NCBI RefSeq assembly: GCF_009914755.1 | Contig: NC_060927.1 | Direction: 5' to 3' (one strand) | DNA length: 64,000 nucleotides | From: the human T2T-CHM13v2.0 reference genome, Homo sapiens | The notes under the pieces: generated by a model | The model's database searches: none | What the model was told of the DNA's origin: nothing | What the model saw: the letters and a program-made list of their open reading frames with translations, nothing else | In this document: positions 14,669 through 29,990 of the stretch, one piece after another | Layout: every line of letters begins with the position of its first letter | Position numbering within the stretch: position 1 is the stretch's first letter | Translations under genes and position numbers: made by a program

Positions 14669-15150
14669 TCTAATTCAGTAGATACTGCATCCTAAATGAA
14701 GTGCAGTACAACTATGATGCAAATTTCACTTGCAATAATAATATAAACAGTTATATATTAGGAGACGAGGAAAGTGGAAGTTATTTTAGAGAGAACTCTA
14801 AAATGTGCGCTGTGGAGTCCTATCCCCTCACAAGTGGTTGAGGTGGGGCTGGAGAGTGCAGGCAGCTTCCATTAAGACTAGGGAAAGACGCTTCAATGCA
14901 ACCACTTGGAGGGATATGTTTCTCATAGTTTGCAGCATAGAGGGGAACTCTGTCTCTCACTTAAGAAATCCAAAGAACAAGAGAGACTGGTTGACTAGCT
15001 GATCAATGGCAGGGAAAAATGTTAAGTTTCTAGTATGGTGGAATTAACCTGCATAGTTGGAATTTGTCAGGGAAAAAGATGAAAGAGTGTTTCTCACCTG
15101 GAGATCGTGCATGGCCTGTGTGCAAGGGACACAGTGTTGGGGCAATCTCT

Positions 15151-15444
<294 letters not shown>

Positions 15445-15569
15445 GGGGTAATCTTAAATTTTGTCCAAAAGGGAAGACTACAGGGAGTTAAGGGACCTTA
15501 ATAGAAAAGGCTGGAAATATTGCTGGATTGGTAGGGGCTGGGAGGAAGTAAGAATATCAGCCATAATAG

Positions 15570-16380
15570 AGATGCCTTTGCAGTAGAGTCAACAATAGTA
15601 GCTAGTGTTTGGATAGATATTTAATCATAACCTCATTTATATTTATGCCATGCCAAAGAAGAAACATTCTATCAAAGCTGCCCATTTAGAGATTGTATTA
15701 GTCAGGGTTCTCTAGAGGGAAGAGTCACTAGAGTCTCAAAACTGAAGAACCTGGAGTCTGATTTTCTAGGGCAGGACTCATCCACCACAGGAGAAAGATG
15801 TAGGTAGGCTGGAAGACTAGGCCAGTCTCGCCTTTCACGTTTTTCTTCCTGCTTTATATTCGCTGGCAGCTGATTTGATTATGCCCACCAGATTAAGGGT
15901 GGGTCTGCCTTCCCCAGCCCACTGACTCAAATGTTTCCTTTGGCAACACCCTCACAGACACACCCAGGATTAATACTTTGTATCCTTCAATCCAATCAAG
16001 GTGATACTCAGTATTAACCATCACAGAGATATTTATGCCTTCTGGCAAATTTCTTCTTATGTTAGAATACAAATTAGAAGGTATAGACCAATGTTCAGTT
16101 TCAAATTCATTATAAAGTGACGGTGGTACCATTATAATCCATTACATGCATTGAGTTCTTGTTTCCCACTTGTTGAGACATGGATTGCTCATATATGTGA
16201 CTGATCAATAAATCCTCCACAGATGAAAATATATCCTGGAGAAGCACAAAAGACAACTTCTTGTGGGATACCTTTCGCATTAGGGGTCATCAGTAAGAAA
16301 GCACTAGTAGTATTTATTTAAAGCTCTACTACTGAACTATTGCATGGCTGGAAACTACTAATAATTAGAGAATTAGGGTT
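15570..16380 (-). pseudogene. Retroviral env remnant (SU/TM junction), split by MLT2A
   Basis: MVPPSLYNEFETEHWSIPSNLYSNIRR/NLPEGINIS, [MLT2A], then KWAALIECFFFG...NEVMIKYLSK.LATIVDSTAKA across frameshifts. Confidence 0.55.
15694..16025 (-). mobile_element. MLT2A1/A2 (HERV-L) solo LTR, internally deleted
   Basis: Reverse complement starts tgtgatggttaatactgagt...tgattggattgaaggatacaaagt; 5-bp TSD gagat. Confidence 0.88.
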
Positions 16381-16431
16381 ACAGACTTGACTACAAACTG
16401 TTGAATTATGTTTTCTTTTGGTTTTCTGCCA

Positions 16432-16832
16432 ATTTTAGTGTCTAAAATAACATTTGTCCTTTCAATGTTCCCAGAAGATTGAAGATGATAGGGACAATGT
16501 TAATGCCATTGTGATTGTAATACTTTATGTAACTGTTTTATAATATGTATAGTAAAGTGAGTGCCTCTATCATCAGAGACTTATCTGAGAATATCCTATA
16601 AAGAAAACATATTTACTCATGATATTTTAGTTACTGGTATAACACCAGCCTTCCTATATAGCAAATCTTCTATTGAACCAAATAACATACAGATAATTAC
16701 AAGAACATTTTGATAATCCATGGAGGGTGGAAATTGAATGAAATCCATCTTTAAGTGTTCAAATAATCCAGTAGGTGGCAGAAATGTAACACTTGAGGTT
16801 TTTATTATTTTACTAGGATTAAGAGTTTTCAA
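16432..16832 (-). pseudogene. Retroviral integrase core remnant
   Basis: FEHLKMDFIQFPPSMDYQNVLVIICM (typical xQxDF core) and HCPYHLQSSGNIERTN (typical YHPQSSGxVERxN). Confidence 0.85.
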
Positions 16833-17742
16833 TCCAATCAGTGGTTATAGACCATTTTAGAAATTCTTAGTTTCTATACCAATATTTTTTGTATCATTTT
16901 GACTACTCCATCATAGTCGCAGGGTGCAGAGCTCCTAATAATAGAAACTTTAAAGACTCAGGAAAGAACAGGCAACCATCAGGGCCCTCTATGAGTCCAC
17001 AGTCAATTTTGAATATACTTTCTTCTAAATATCAATTTTCATTCTCTAATTCTGGTGCACAGCACTGTTTATTAAATAGGTTATCTTAGGTAATTTGACT
17101 TGGATCAATCCTGTGGAGTTTATTCAAATTGCATATTTTAACAGTTTCAGTACTAGCTGGTTTAGCATGAAAATCTGCCAAAGTGTTTATTTGGTACTCA
17201 ATTAATTCTTGTCCTTCTTGATGTTAGGTTAGCAGTTTCATGAACCAATCGGCTTCTTCATTAGAGTTATGGCAATTATCATCCAGTTTAATAGTATGAT
17301 CTTAAAGTTATCAGAAATGTATACTTATCAAAGTCTGTCCCATGAATTTCCTTAAAGACACTTTACATTTATAGTTGCTTCAATAGTGCTCAAGAAAGTA
17401 CCAGAGTAAAATTATTAACTGTAGTAGAAGACAATACTTAAAGTGGCCATGCAAAATATCTGATGAGAAATTATTATAAAGCAATTTTCAGGGAAATTAC
17501 ATTTTTTCTGTGATATACAATATTGTAGGATACTAACTAGAATTATGACTGACAGCATTATTGTAGGACCATCAGATTTATAGGAGTTTTGCACAATTTC
17601 TGGAACACATATTAATAACATTTCCATAGCATGGTTTGAAAAAGGTTCAGCATCACATTATTTGACCATACTTCCCATGCAATTTAACATATCATATAAG
17701 ACAATTAGTTTAACACATTTCCTTTTATAAGACAAAAATTCT

Positions 17743-18040
17743 TGGGAGAGGTGGGGATGGTTAATGGGTACAAAAAAGAGTGAAAGAATGAATAAGACTT
17801 ATTATGATAGCCAAATAGGGTGACTATAGTCAAAAAATAACTTAATTGTATATTTTGAAATAACCTAAAGAATGTACTTGGGTTGTTTGCAACTCAAACA
17901 AGAAATGCTGAGAGGATAGATAACTCATTCTCCATAATGTACTTATTTCACATTAAATTCCTGTATCAAAATATCTCATGTATGACATAAGTATATACAT
18001 CTATTTTGTACACACAAAAATTTAAACAATAAAAAAAAAA
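17743..18040 (+). mobile_element. 5'-truncated L1MA (L1MA2-like) 3' end
   Basis: gggatggttaatgggtacaaaaa...gtatcaaaatatctcatgta...A tail. Confidence 0.8.
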
Positions 18041-18514
18041 TTTTTAATTCTTTTGAGATATTCCAGGGGTCCATCTGAAAACTCCCGAAGTTAGTTTGAG
18101 ATCAAAAGATCTTAGTTTACAATTTGATTTTGGGAAGTTGTCAAAAATGTTAAAAGATTGGAAACACTTCGTTAAAATAGAATCACAGATCACTGTGAAA
18201 CAGTATATATTCATTTAACTGTAGAGATTATTAAATGATTTCAATGGCAAATACAGAAAACCACATACTTCTAGGAAAAGCCTTAGCTTTTATTAAAGAG
18301 GACTCAGTTTTCTTAAGTAATCGAAAGCCTAATAAAGCCAACGTGAACTACAGGAAATCATCTGGATAAAACACAGATTCTTTGTTTCCCAGTCCAATTA
18401 CTAAAAAGCTAAAGAAAAACCTTTCACAATTTATTATTAAGCGCAGACCAATACTAAAAGCAAACAAACACAAACAAAAACAAACAAAACTTGTTGTTTT
18501 AAGAGATTAAACTA

Positions 18515-18825
<311 letters not shown>

Positions 18826-19189
18826 CTAAAATCTAATTTTGCATTAGTATACTTTTGACATTAAAACTACATTTTAAAAACTTACAAATAATTTCCTTTC
18901 AAATCTTAGCCAACTTGAGCACACATAAAATTTCTTTATCAAACTTCCTTTTCCACAAACCTATAACTTTCTCATATCTATTCAATTTTTGTCTTTATGT
19001 TTTTCCTCTTTCTCACTGTGGAACAGCCAGTCCTTCTATTTTGGGACAAAAATTACCATTTTTCTCTTAACTAATCAAAACACACTTTCATACTTAATAG
19101 GTTTTCTAACAAAATACACACCTTACTTTCTTTGTATACATGCACATAGAGTTGTTTCCTTTATTATGTAAAATAATTTTAGTTATTTA

Positions 19190-20045
<856 letters not shown>

Positions 20046-20268
20046 TATATCAATTTGAATTTTTAACCCTTAGAAACTTCAATTTCTGGTGAAAACTAAG
20101 AAGTATGCAATTGTGAACTGCCTGTCACACCAACATTCTATAGATTAGCAAACCTATGAATCATAATTTCTTGAAGCATGTGCTTCCTCATAGCATAATT
20201 TTTCATTTTGGCACAGAACATATTTACTAACAAACACAACTATCTTTAGTCTCTGTGCAATAAGAAAT

Positions 20269-20389
20269 TGTAGGGGACACAACATTTTTATCTCTGTCTT
20301 CTGTCTTCTTAGTTTTTTTTTACCTTTAACTCAAAATAGACAATATGTCAGAGCAATGTATTTGAGGGGGTATCTTATGAACTTCTTCA
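20269..20389 (-). mobile_element. Short, internally deleted ERV1 LTR remnant (MER31/MER67-like)
   Basis: TG...CA ends; reverse complement tgaagaagttcataagataccccctcaaata...tattttgagttaaagg. Confidence 0.45.
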
Positions 20390-21810
20390 AAGCAAAGAGT
20401 AAATAAATTTAAAATTATGTCAAGAAATGTTTTGGCACATTATCTTATTTGTAAATGATTGAAATATTCAATGAATATGCATTATTTAATTTAACTTCAT
20501 ATAACTTTAGATGTGTAAGTTACCAAAGAGATTTGGGAAATCTTTTTTTTTAAGTAGGCATTATAGAAACATAATTATTGTGAAGAGCTTATTTATAAAC
20601 TGTTATCTTACATATATTTAATTCATTTATTTTTAACAATATTGCCTGGATTGCTCATAAAAATGAGACATTAAACAACTAGTCATCATCTCAAGTTAGT
20701 TTTCTGGCTGATAATTTTATAATGTAAGAGATAACATCAGTTTATTTTATTTGTAAACTTAGGTAGGAAAAGTTGTGTGTCATATTATATTTAATGCTGA
20801 CAACTCTAAAGACATGCCTATATTCATCAAACTAACAAACTTGAACTAGCTTTTATTTACTGAAGATTATCCCAGATTACATGAACTTGAAAAACATTTT
20901 AGGTTAATTTCTATCTTTCTAAGAGTTTAAGGAATGCTTAATATTTATCAATACTTATTTTTCTTTAAGCCAACTCAATAGAGCTCTTTTATGATTTAAT
21001 TTTGGTGATACCATCCAGAGGTGGAAAATGTATCACGTATACATACATAAACATGCAGATAGAAGCAGATCTTACAGCTTTCATTCTAAAATTTTAGCCA
21101 TGTGCCTTGTGTAATAATAAAAGCTCACTATTTTATTAAAGAATACCTGGAATTGATTTTTTTCTGGCCAGTGAGATAAGATTACCTGCACATATAGCTA
21201 AAGCTTTTTATTAATATTGGAAAAAATCGTTTAAGCTTTCTCATTTGCCTTTTATAAGAGGTCATTTAGAGGGGCAGCTTTTGATTCATTTAGTCTTTTG
21301 GAAGGCTCTACATTTCAATAAAATATGCATCCTATTGTTTCTGAGGCATTTTAGATTCTTGTTTTTCTAACATGACTCAAGAATTCAAACTTTTTTGTTG
21401 TGGGCACTGTATTTCTCAGTTGTTCTTAGTAAAGTCAAACCATTTTTGTAAAAATACACAGGATTTGGGAGTGTAATTTTTTAAGATAAGATTAGTTGGC
21501 ATCCCAGAAAGTGAAGTACTAGAATCCTGGAGTCCTTAAATTCAGAGGAACTTATTTTCAGAAGGTACCTATCTGAGACCTCTAAGCCCAGTCAAGTTAG
21601 TTATCAAATCCAATCTGATTCTGAACCCAATCCAGTTTTTTTAATGCTCAGTAAAGTCAGAGGGCTCAAAAGTGAAATTTGCTGACTCAAATCTGGCATA
21701 GTACTCACCCACAACCTCCATTTGCAGTGACAGAACAGGGGGTACAGTGGGCCAGCGTGTACCTTCATTTGGTTACTGGGTGTTTCTAGGGGTCACTGAA
21801 GGTCTCCTCT

Positions 21811-21832
21811 GGATCCCACTTCTAATGACAAA
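21811..21832 (-). promoter_or_regulatory. Degenerate primer binding site (tRNA-Leu type)
   Basis: Reverse complement ..ttgtcattagaagtgggatcc just inside the LTR resembles TGGTGTCAGAAGTGGGAT. Confidence 0.55.
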
Positions 21833-21835
21833 GAC

Positions 21836-22197
21836 TGTTAAAGACAAACTTTAGGCAAATTAGATTTAAAAGAGTTAATTTGAGCAAAGAGCAATTCACG
21901 AATCAGAACCAGAACCAGAAGAGGTGCAGAGAGCTGTGAGCAGTGAGCTTTTATAGGCTGAAGACAGAAGCAACGTAGATAAATTATTTGATTGGCTATA
22001 GCTAAGCATTTGACACAGTTGGACATGATTAGATCAGTTAGCTGCTTATGGTTGGCTAAAGCTTTATTGTTTGTGATTGGCTAAAACCTGACTGTTACAA
22101 AAATTATACCTCTAAATTAGGTTACGGTTTATTACGTAGGAACCAAAAGTATGGGAACAGCCCAAAGCTAATGGCATCCTACTTATTTAATTTAACA
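21836..22197 (-). mobile_element. ERV1 5' LTR (MER93/MER57-like)
   Basis: TGTTAA...TTAACA inverted ends, several CCAAT boxes (gattggc on +), TATA-like ttttatag, adjacent PBS. Confidence 0.8.
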
Positions 22198-23271
22198 CAA
22201 AGTTTGTCAGCAGATGGAGAGCAAATAAATTATGGAAAAGATGCCAACTATACCCTCATCCCTGACAAGAGGATGTCCTGGCTACAGGACAACTAACCAA
22301 CAGGAGGATGAGATATTTTTAATTACACATGAGACTGAACTTTTAAATTACTAAACTGAGGATATGTTTGTAATTTTGATTGGCTATTGTTAATTTTACT
22401 GGAAAGGAATCAGAAAAGCCAAGGGACTACCTGCAATCTGATGCAAAGGCAGGGGAAGAATTGCCACACAGTTCTTGGACTGGTAAGATTTAAAATGAGA
22501 ATCAAAAGCTAAAATTAAAGTTGTGTTGCTTTGTCATTGCCCCCATGAGTGAGGCATCTTTAGTAATGGCTATACACACAGAACCTATTATGCCTTCCTA
22601 AGATCTTTGAATGAGATTTTTGCTACAGAAATTCATGTCTAACTCACTGTTCCACATTTGTAGTCAGTTTTCTTCTTTGATAGAAGAATCGAGGATTATT
22701 GTATAAAGTGTGGCTAATTGTAAACCAAAGAAAATCTAATAAGTGGTTGTTTGAATAAAGAAACACCATGCTACTTTCCAGGATAGATAAATAGCCCAAA
22801 GAATTTACCTGAGGTGTATTTGATAGGAATTCAAACTCTTCTGATAACCCTAAAACTTGAACCATCAGTTGGGTAGACCATTTCTAAACTTAGTTTTAAT
22901 TTATATAGACAATTACAGAAAAGAAGGAAAGAATATGTGAGAATTCTAATAGATACACGTTGTCAACTAGATATGAGTTGCGTATTTGGGAGTTCACCGT
23001 GATCTGTGACAGTGAACTCCTCATCAGGTTCCCTGATTTCTTCATCCATCCTTATTGTAAAACCTACTCACTGTCACCATATCAGTGTTATGGATGGAAA
23101 TGCCATTCTGTTGGCATTTCTCGGTTAAAATACCCCATTAAAAAAGGTCAATAGATCCTCATTTCTAAGGAATAATAATACTCAACATTAGTATTGTGCT
23201 GAGTTAGAATATGCTGAGTAAGACATTCTTATAAACTATTGATATAATAATTCTGGAAAGAAATTGGCTAC

Positions 23272-23807
23272 TGTATCAGCCAGGGTTTCACTACAGAAGC
23301 AGAGCCAATATTATATATGTAGTATATATGACATATGTTTATACATGTATGTGATGTGTGTGCTACACATATATGTATGTGCTAACATATATGTATATAT
23401 TTATATGCATATGTATGTATACATATATACACAGAGAGGGAGAGAGAGCAAGAGACAGAGAGAGAGAGAGAGACAAAGCAAAGCACTGAGTAGCTAGACA
23501 AACCTGAAATCTGCAAGGCAGAAGACCATTAGAAAAGGGGAGGCTGAACATTCTAGGGCAGGAGCTGAAGCAGCAGTCCACAGATAGATTTTCTTCTTCA
23601 GGAAAGCCTCAGTTCTGTTCTTAAGGCCTTTCGACTGATTGGATCATACCCACCCAGATTATTGAGGATAATCTCCTTTACTTAATGTCAACTGATTAGA
23701 GATGTTAGTCACATCTACAAAACACCTTCATAACAACACCTAATTTAGTGTTTGAATAACTAGAGACTATAGCCTAGCCATGTTGACAAACAAAACTGAC
23801 CATCACA
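23272..23807 (-). mobile_element. MLT2D-like ERVL solo LTR with (TA/CA)n(GA)n tract
   Basis: tgtatcagccaggg...aactgaccatcaca; TSD gctac / gcaac. Confidence 0.8.
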
Positions 23808-25641
23808 GCAACATTATCACAAGGCTTAATAGATTCATACACTTGATGATGGATTCTAATTCCCAAAATCTTTCCTAAAGAAAATATGAAGAACTGTGCA
23901 CATTTTATATGTGTTAGTAGTCACTCCAATTACTACAATGAAGCAAAGCTCTGTTCCACCAGCCATAGGCACAGACAATTTACCCAAGAAAGGATACTAA
24001 TTTGGCAAGTTCAAGCCAAAGTCATGATTGAGTCACTGAAGAGTAAGCTGAGATTTTGATTGAAATAGAAAAGAGTTTAAATGATGGTAAGTCTGTATAC
24101 CGTTGTTACTTACCTCTTTACACTATAACATTTTCCAGATATTTTATAGTAAGCATGTACATTTTACACTCTGAAAAACAAACATTTTTATATGTTTTAA
24201 ATAACTGTGAGACATTTTAAAGCACCAATAAAAGCAAAAACAACTTTGTAATTAAACTAACTACAGCACTCAAACTATGACAACATAATTTCTATTTATC
24301 ACAATGTTATGATTTTAGTTCAGTGATACCACACAGTGTCTAATATTAGGGAATCAAAACTGGATATTATAAAATTGAGCTGAAACACCTGAGATCCACT
24401 GTGGGATAAGCCAGTGATAATTAAAACAGATAGTACAATGAAAACAACCATTCAGTAATTAGTGAAACTTAGAGTCTGTTGCTCCTTGACATGGTACTCA
24501 CCAGGCCAAGAACAAAGAAAACCTAAGTACCAGCATAAGCAGCTGCTACAAGTCACCTGATCTATTCTTTGCCATTCAAAGATATGTTTACTGTAGTTAA
24601 GCCACCTCCCAAAAGAAAATAGGCCACATTTTTAAAACATCTCTGGGCCCTCCCCACTAAACCAGAGAAAAAAAAAATCTGCCCATCATCTTACTATAGG
24701 CCTTCCTAACTTCTCCCACTACAAGAAGAGGTCACAACTGACCATAACTCAGGATATTCATTGAATCAGATCATATATAATAATAAAAATGGCTCCCATA
24801 CATTAATTTTATGAGCTTAGTTTTCATCCTTTATTCTGACTTTCTGACCTTACCCTTAGGGTAAGAAAAATCATTTAGTCCTTTGAACTTCTTTTTGTAT
24901 TCCATGTGTCTGGTTGAGTGGACTCAGAGTCTTTCTTGGTTCTTTCTCTTGCTCTCTCTCTTCAAAGTTGTTTGGTCACATTGATTCCAATTACATAATT
25001 TGAAGCTGGGAGTGGAGAAGAAATGTCAGAGTTTAGAAGCTTCCACATAGACCTCAAGTTTTAGTACCATTTTCCCATTCAGTGTTTATGAGATTGCCTA
25101 TAATGTAGTATTGAATATTATCCCAAATATCAATGAAGGGCTACTTTAATTCTACATTTTGCTATTGTGTCTTTTAAACATAGCTCTCTTAGGAAGTCAA
25201 AGGGATGTAAAGTGATTGTCAAGGCAGGATTCAGATATCTCCAAATTCCTTACTCTTATTCAGGCATATTTTATTTATTGGAATGAAAATATCACTCTTA
25301 ACCCCTAACAGGGCTTAAAACTTGGCCCTCACTTTTATTTTTTGTATCATATGTACATGACACTCTGTTAAGCACACATCATTCTTAATACTGGATAGAA
25401 AAACAGACCCTATGCCTACAGTGATTCCTATTAACGTTAATGCCTTGCTCTGTTCTAAATTTCAAACCTGAAGCTTTTCTGTGCAAAATTTTGATCTTTC
25501 TGAGTTAATCTTTCAGTCTCATCTCTGTTCAAGTCAAGCCCTGTTATTCAATAATGAGTTGCTTCCTGTTAGATTTCAGTGTTTACCTTCTTTATTCATC
25601 CTTGCCTTTAGTGATTTACTCAGCTAGCTCATACTGAGACG

Positions 25642-26619
25642 TGTGGTAGGCAGAATTATAAGAGAACCCCCAAGATTAGCACGGATTCCTGATGTATACA
25701 CCCTGTATAATCCCCTCCCATTGAGTGTGGATGGGAGTAAGGGAATATGATGGACATAACTCCATGGTTAACTTGTGTCACATGGCAAAAAAAGGATTTT
25801 GCAGGTGTAATTAAGGTCCCAAGTCAATTGATTTTGAGAAAATCAAAAGTAAGATTATTCTGGGTGAGTTGGCCTAATATAGATCAATTAAAACAGAGTC
25901 TAGAGTAAGAAAAAAGGCACATATACACCATAGAATACTATGCAGCCATAAAAAGGGTGAGTTCCTGTCCTTTGCAGGGACATGGATGAAACTGGAAACC
26001 ATCATTCTCAGGAAAGTAACACAAGAAGAGAAAACCAAACGCTGCATGTCCTCACTCATAAGTGGGAGCTGAACAATGAGAACACATGGACACAGGGAGG
26101 GGAACATCACACACTGTGGCCTGTCAGGGGTGAGGGGCTGGGGGAGAGATAGCATTAGGAGAAATACCTAATGTAAATGATGAGTTGATGGGTGCAGCAA
26201 ACCAACATGGCACATGTATACCTATGTAATAAACCTGCACCCCAGAGCTTAAAGTATAATAAGATTTTTTTAAAAAAGCATCAGAGATGCTCCCATTCAC
26301 CTTGGAGAAAGAGATTGCCTTGTTAAAGACAGAGCTGTGTGGCAGATAATGCTGGCTGACCTCTAGGAAATGGAGATCTCTGTCCTTCTACCACAAGAAA
26401 TTAAGTTCACCCAGTAATTATGTGACCTCTGAAGAACTCAAGCTCTAGAAAGGCATGCAGCTGAGTTAGTATCCTGATTGCAGCTTTATGAGATCCTGAG
26501 CAGAGAATCCATGTAAGTGCCTAGACTCTTGACCCACAGAAACTGTGAGATAATGCATGCATGTTGTTTAATATTACTGTTTGTAATGTGTTTTTACACA
26601 ACAGTGGAAAACCAGTGTA
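25642..26619 (+). mobile_element. MLT1E-like MaLR LTR split by L1PA
   Basis: tgtggtaggcagaat...gattttgcaggtgtaattaagg...gacccacagaaactgtgagataa. Confidence 0.78.
25908..26275 (+). mobile_element. 5'-truncated L1PA 3' end
   Basis: gaacaatgagaacacatggacacagggaggggaacatcacacac...cttaaagtataataa. Confidence 0.92.
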
Positions 26620-27323
26620 AGTTCTCAGATTGTTGCTTTCACTAGAAACATAACTGAAGAATGCAGTACTCAAAAAAATGTAATTCCAGGATCAGCAAGT
26701 AATTCTCCTGGCAACCTCAACTGCCAACAAAAAAAAGAATCACCCTGCCCACACACATATACACAAACACACTCCTCCCTCTTGAAACTGCCAGTATTTC
26801 TTCTCCTCTAGGAGAGGATGGGTCTAATTTTAGACTCAGTTTCCTCCCCACCCTGCATTTGAGTGATACCTGCAGACTACACATCATGACTTTTCTCTGA
26901 ATCCTGAGCTAAAACAACATTGCCCTTGGGGACTCACAGGCTCAGCTGGGGAAGTTATTTCCATTAATTACAGTAAAAAGAAACCTCCTGAATATGGTAT
27001 TGTGAAGTTTGTTTTGAAAATCATATTCCTTTTAAAAATCATCAGTCATTATGCTTCATAGAAAAATCATTTTACTTAGGAGCAAAAACATGATTTTCTA
27101 CCAGCTGAACGGTCTCTCTACAATGAAGCTAGAAAATCATTACTTAAGCAAGACTGTTTCTACTAAAGCTAAGCTATTCTTGTATATGAGGGGGGAAATG
27201 AACAAATCACATATAAATAAAGAAACAAATCTTTGAAAGCAAGAGAGACCTTCTTTTCAGTTCATTTCTGTGTGTATCCTTTTCTTGTTTTGCTTATGAA
27301 ATGATAAACAATATAACTATTTG

Positions 27324-27325
<2 letters not shown>

Positions 27326-27361
<36 letters not shown>
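27326..27361. repeat. (GT)n microsatellite
   Basis: About 18 pure GT units. Confidence 0.97.
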
Positions 27362-27363
<2 letters not shown>

Positions 27364-28589
27364 CTAATTCATCACTTCAGAATTCTAATCTTTCTCTCTG
27401 ATCTGTAATTTCTCATGACCTCTATAATAAAATCAATCAACTCAGTATGTCTTAACTATGCCATACTTTGTGATAGTCCCATTTAAAATCATTTTTGTCT
27501 TCTTGATGCTGTAGTTTCTTGATATATGCAATGCCATATTTAAAGCTATGTAATGTATTTACTGGATAAACTCCAGTGATTTGTATAGTGATTTGTAATG
27601 TGTGTTCCTGAAAGGAACCGTACAGAAATAAATAGCATTATAAAAACCACATTTGATGGTCCTATTCCTTATAATTGTGAAAATTCTACCACACATAGGT
27701 CAGAGATACTGCTTTGCAGGCATCAGTATTTCCATCCTCATGGATTAAGAATTTCTGATTTTTTATTATATCCTATCCCCAACTGAACACCAATAATAAA
27801 ACAAAATTCATAGCAAAGTAGCTTATCTGATTGTAAATAAATAAAACTAGTCTTCTGATTAGGACCCTTGCGTGGGTACATAAGCTCCAAGTAGGCAACT
27901 TATTGAAGAGAGTGAGAGCTTGTCATAGAGACAAAAGAAACAGCAAAATTCCTTTCTTTTCTTTGCTTTTGTTTCATCAAGGAATAAAAACAAGGGCCTA
28001 GTAATCCACCATGTTAGTCACTGACAAATGAATACGTAAATAAATAAAAAACAAACATGTCCTAAAATACCATGACTCCCTTTTGCAACAGCAATCATTG
28101 CCTTCAATATTTCAGAATCTCACTAGGTGTTTTAAGCCATATCTAGGGAAAAATCGTCTTGATATGGCCAACAAAACCAAGTTTTTTAAAAAGAAAAAAC
28201 TTATATTACCCCTCTTCATATTTGCCTCAGTCCCTGAATATGGATTCCTATGATTTTTCTCCCTTCTTTTATCATGCCTAGGAAGTTGCAATTTCCCAGG
28301 AAGTAAAAATGTTGACTTTCTTATTCATGTTATTTTTCCACAGTTTAGCAAAGTGTCTGATGCATAGCAGGGCCTTTATGAATAATTGTATGTGAATGTC
28401 TCTAAGGATTTAGAAATGTGGGACTCTAAAATTAGAAAATTAATTGGATAAATCATGTTAAGATAGAATTTTTACATCACCCCTTTAATATTTAAATAAT
28501 CACTAAACTCTGCTGACCCACATGAAAAAACTCTTAAAAATAAAGGCAAGAATTAAGGGGTTTTTTTTTAAAAAAAGGCAAACACATCA

Positions 28590-29990
28590 ATGGTCACAGC
28601 CTGCAGGGGCTTTAAACACTATAGAATTAGTTTAGGAAAATCACTAAACAAATACACAAGTTAAAAACAACAACAACATTCACAACCCCTGAGAGAGGTG
28701 AAAATCAAAATCTAGAGTATACAATATATTATCTAAAGTATTCAATTTTCAACCAAAATATTATAAGGCATGACAAAAAATAAGACTATGTGACCAATCC
28801 ACAGGAAGAAACTGTTTCTGTTTCAACAGAAACTCTCTGACGGAACACAGATGTTGGATTTAGTAGACAAAACCAGCTATGTTCAAAAGCAAAAAGAAGC
28901 CATGCTCAAAGAATTACAGGACAATCTGATGACAATGGCTTATCAAGTACAGAATATCAATAAACAGATGTAAATTATAAAAATCGAGTAGAATTTCCTG
29001 AATTGAAAAGTAAATTTAAAGCAAAAAATTTTGCTAGAATATCACAACAAAAGATTTGAGCTGGCAAAAAAAAAAAAAATCAGCCCACCAGAGTGGACGA
29101 ATGAAGATTGTCTAATCTGAAGAACATAAAGAAGAAAGAATTAAGGAAAAAAAGATGGAATAGACTTAGTCACATGTGAGACAAGATAAAGCATACTAAC
29201 ATAGGTGTAAAGAGAATGTCAGAAGGCAAAGATAGACAGGGGAAGAGAAAATATATGAAGAAATAATGGCTAGCCATCTCTAAAATTTGATTACTTTGTC
29301 CCCAGAAAGAAACTTTAATCTACATATCCAGGAAGGCTAACAGATTTCAAGTAGGACAAATACGAAGAGAGCCACATCTAGACCTATCACCAAATAAACC
29401 AAAGAGCCAAATGAAAAATCATATTCCAACTCCAAAAAAACCCACACTCCAACTCATCATGAACAAGAGAACCACATTAAAATGAACAGATAACAGAAAA
29501 AAATTGAAGACAGAGGCAGTGAAGTGATATAGTCAAAGTGCAGAAAGAATAATACTGTCAACAACTAATTCTATATTAAACAAATCTATCATTCAAAAAT
29601 TAAGGCAAAATTGAGACATCTCCAGATACAAACAAAAGTTGAGAGGATTCACTGCTAAGCTACTTTCAAAACATGAAATACAAAGGAAGACTTCAGATGG
29701 AAGGGAAATGACATCATATGGTAACTAGAATCCATACAGAAATAAACAGTACCAGTAGATCTAATTATGTAAGTAAATATAAAAGAGCAAGTAAAAGTAT
29801 ATATACCTACATGTAAGTAGAAATGTAACTAAAAATACATATATAAATATATATATATGTCTTTGCTCTTTTCTTAACTGATTAAAAACCCAAAACACAA
29901 TTGCATAAAACAGTTATTATAAGACTGTATTATCAGGCTTGTTACATAAAGATGTATCTATATGGCAAGAATAAAGTTATTGGATAAAGT
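28590..29990 (+). mobile_element. Old L1M 5' region and ORF1 remnant
   Basis: cagatgttggatttagtagacaaa, agatttgagctggcaaaa, gaagaaataatggct, A-rich ORF1-like sequence. Confidence 0.65.

Noticed and set aside
23310-23472. (TA/TG/CA)n and (GA)n tract with overlapping ORFs
   Set aside because: Low-complexity expansion typical of MLT2 LTRs.
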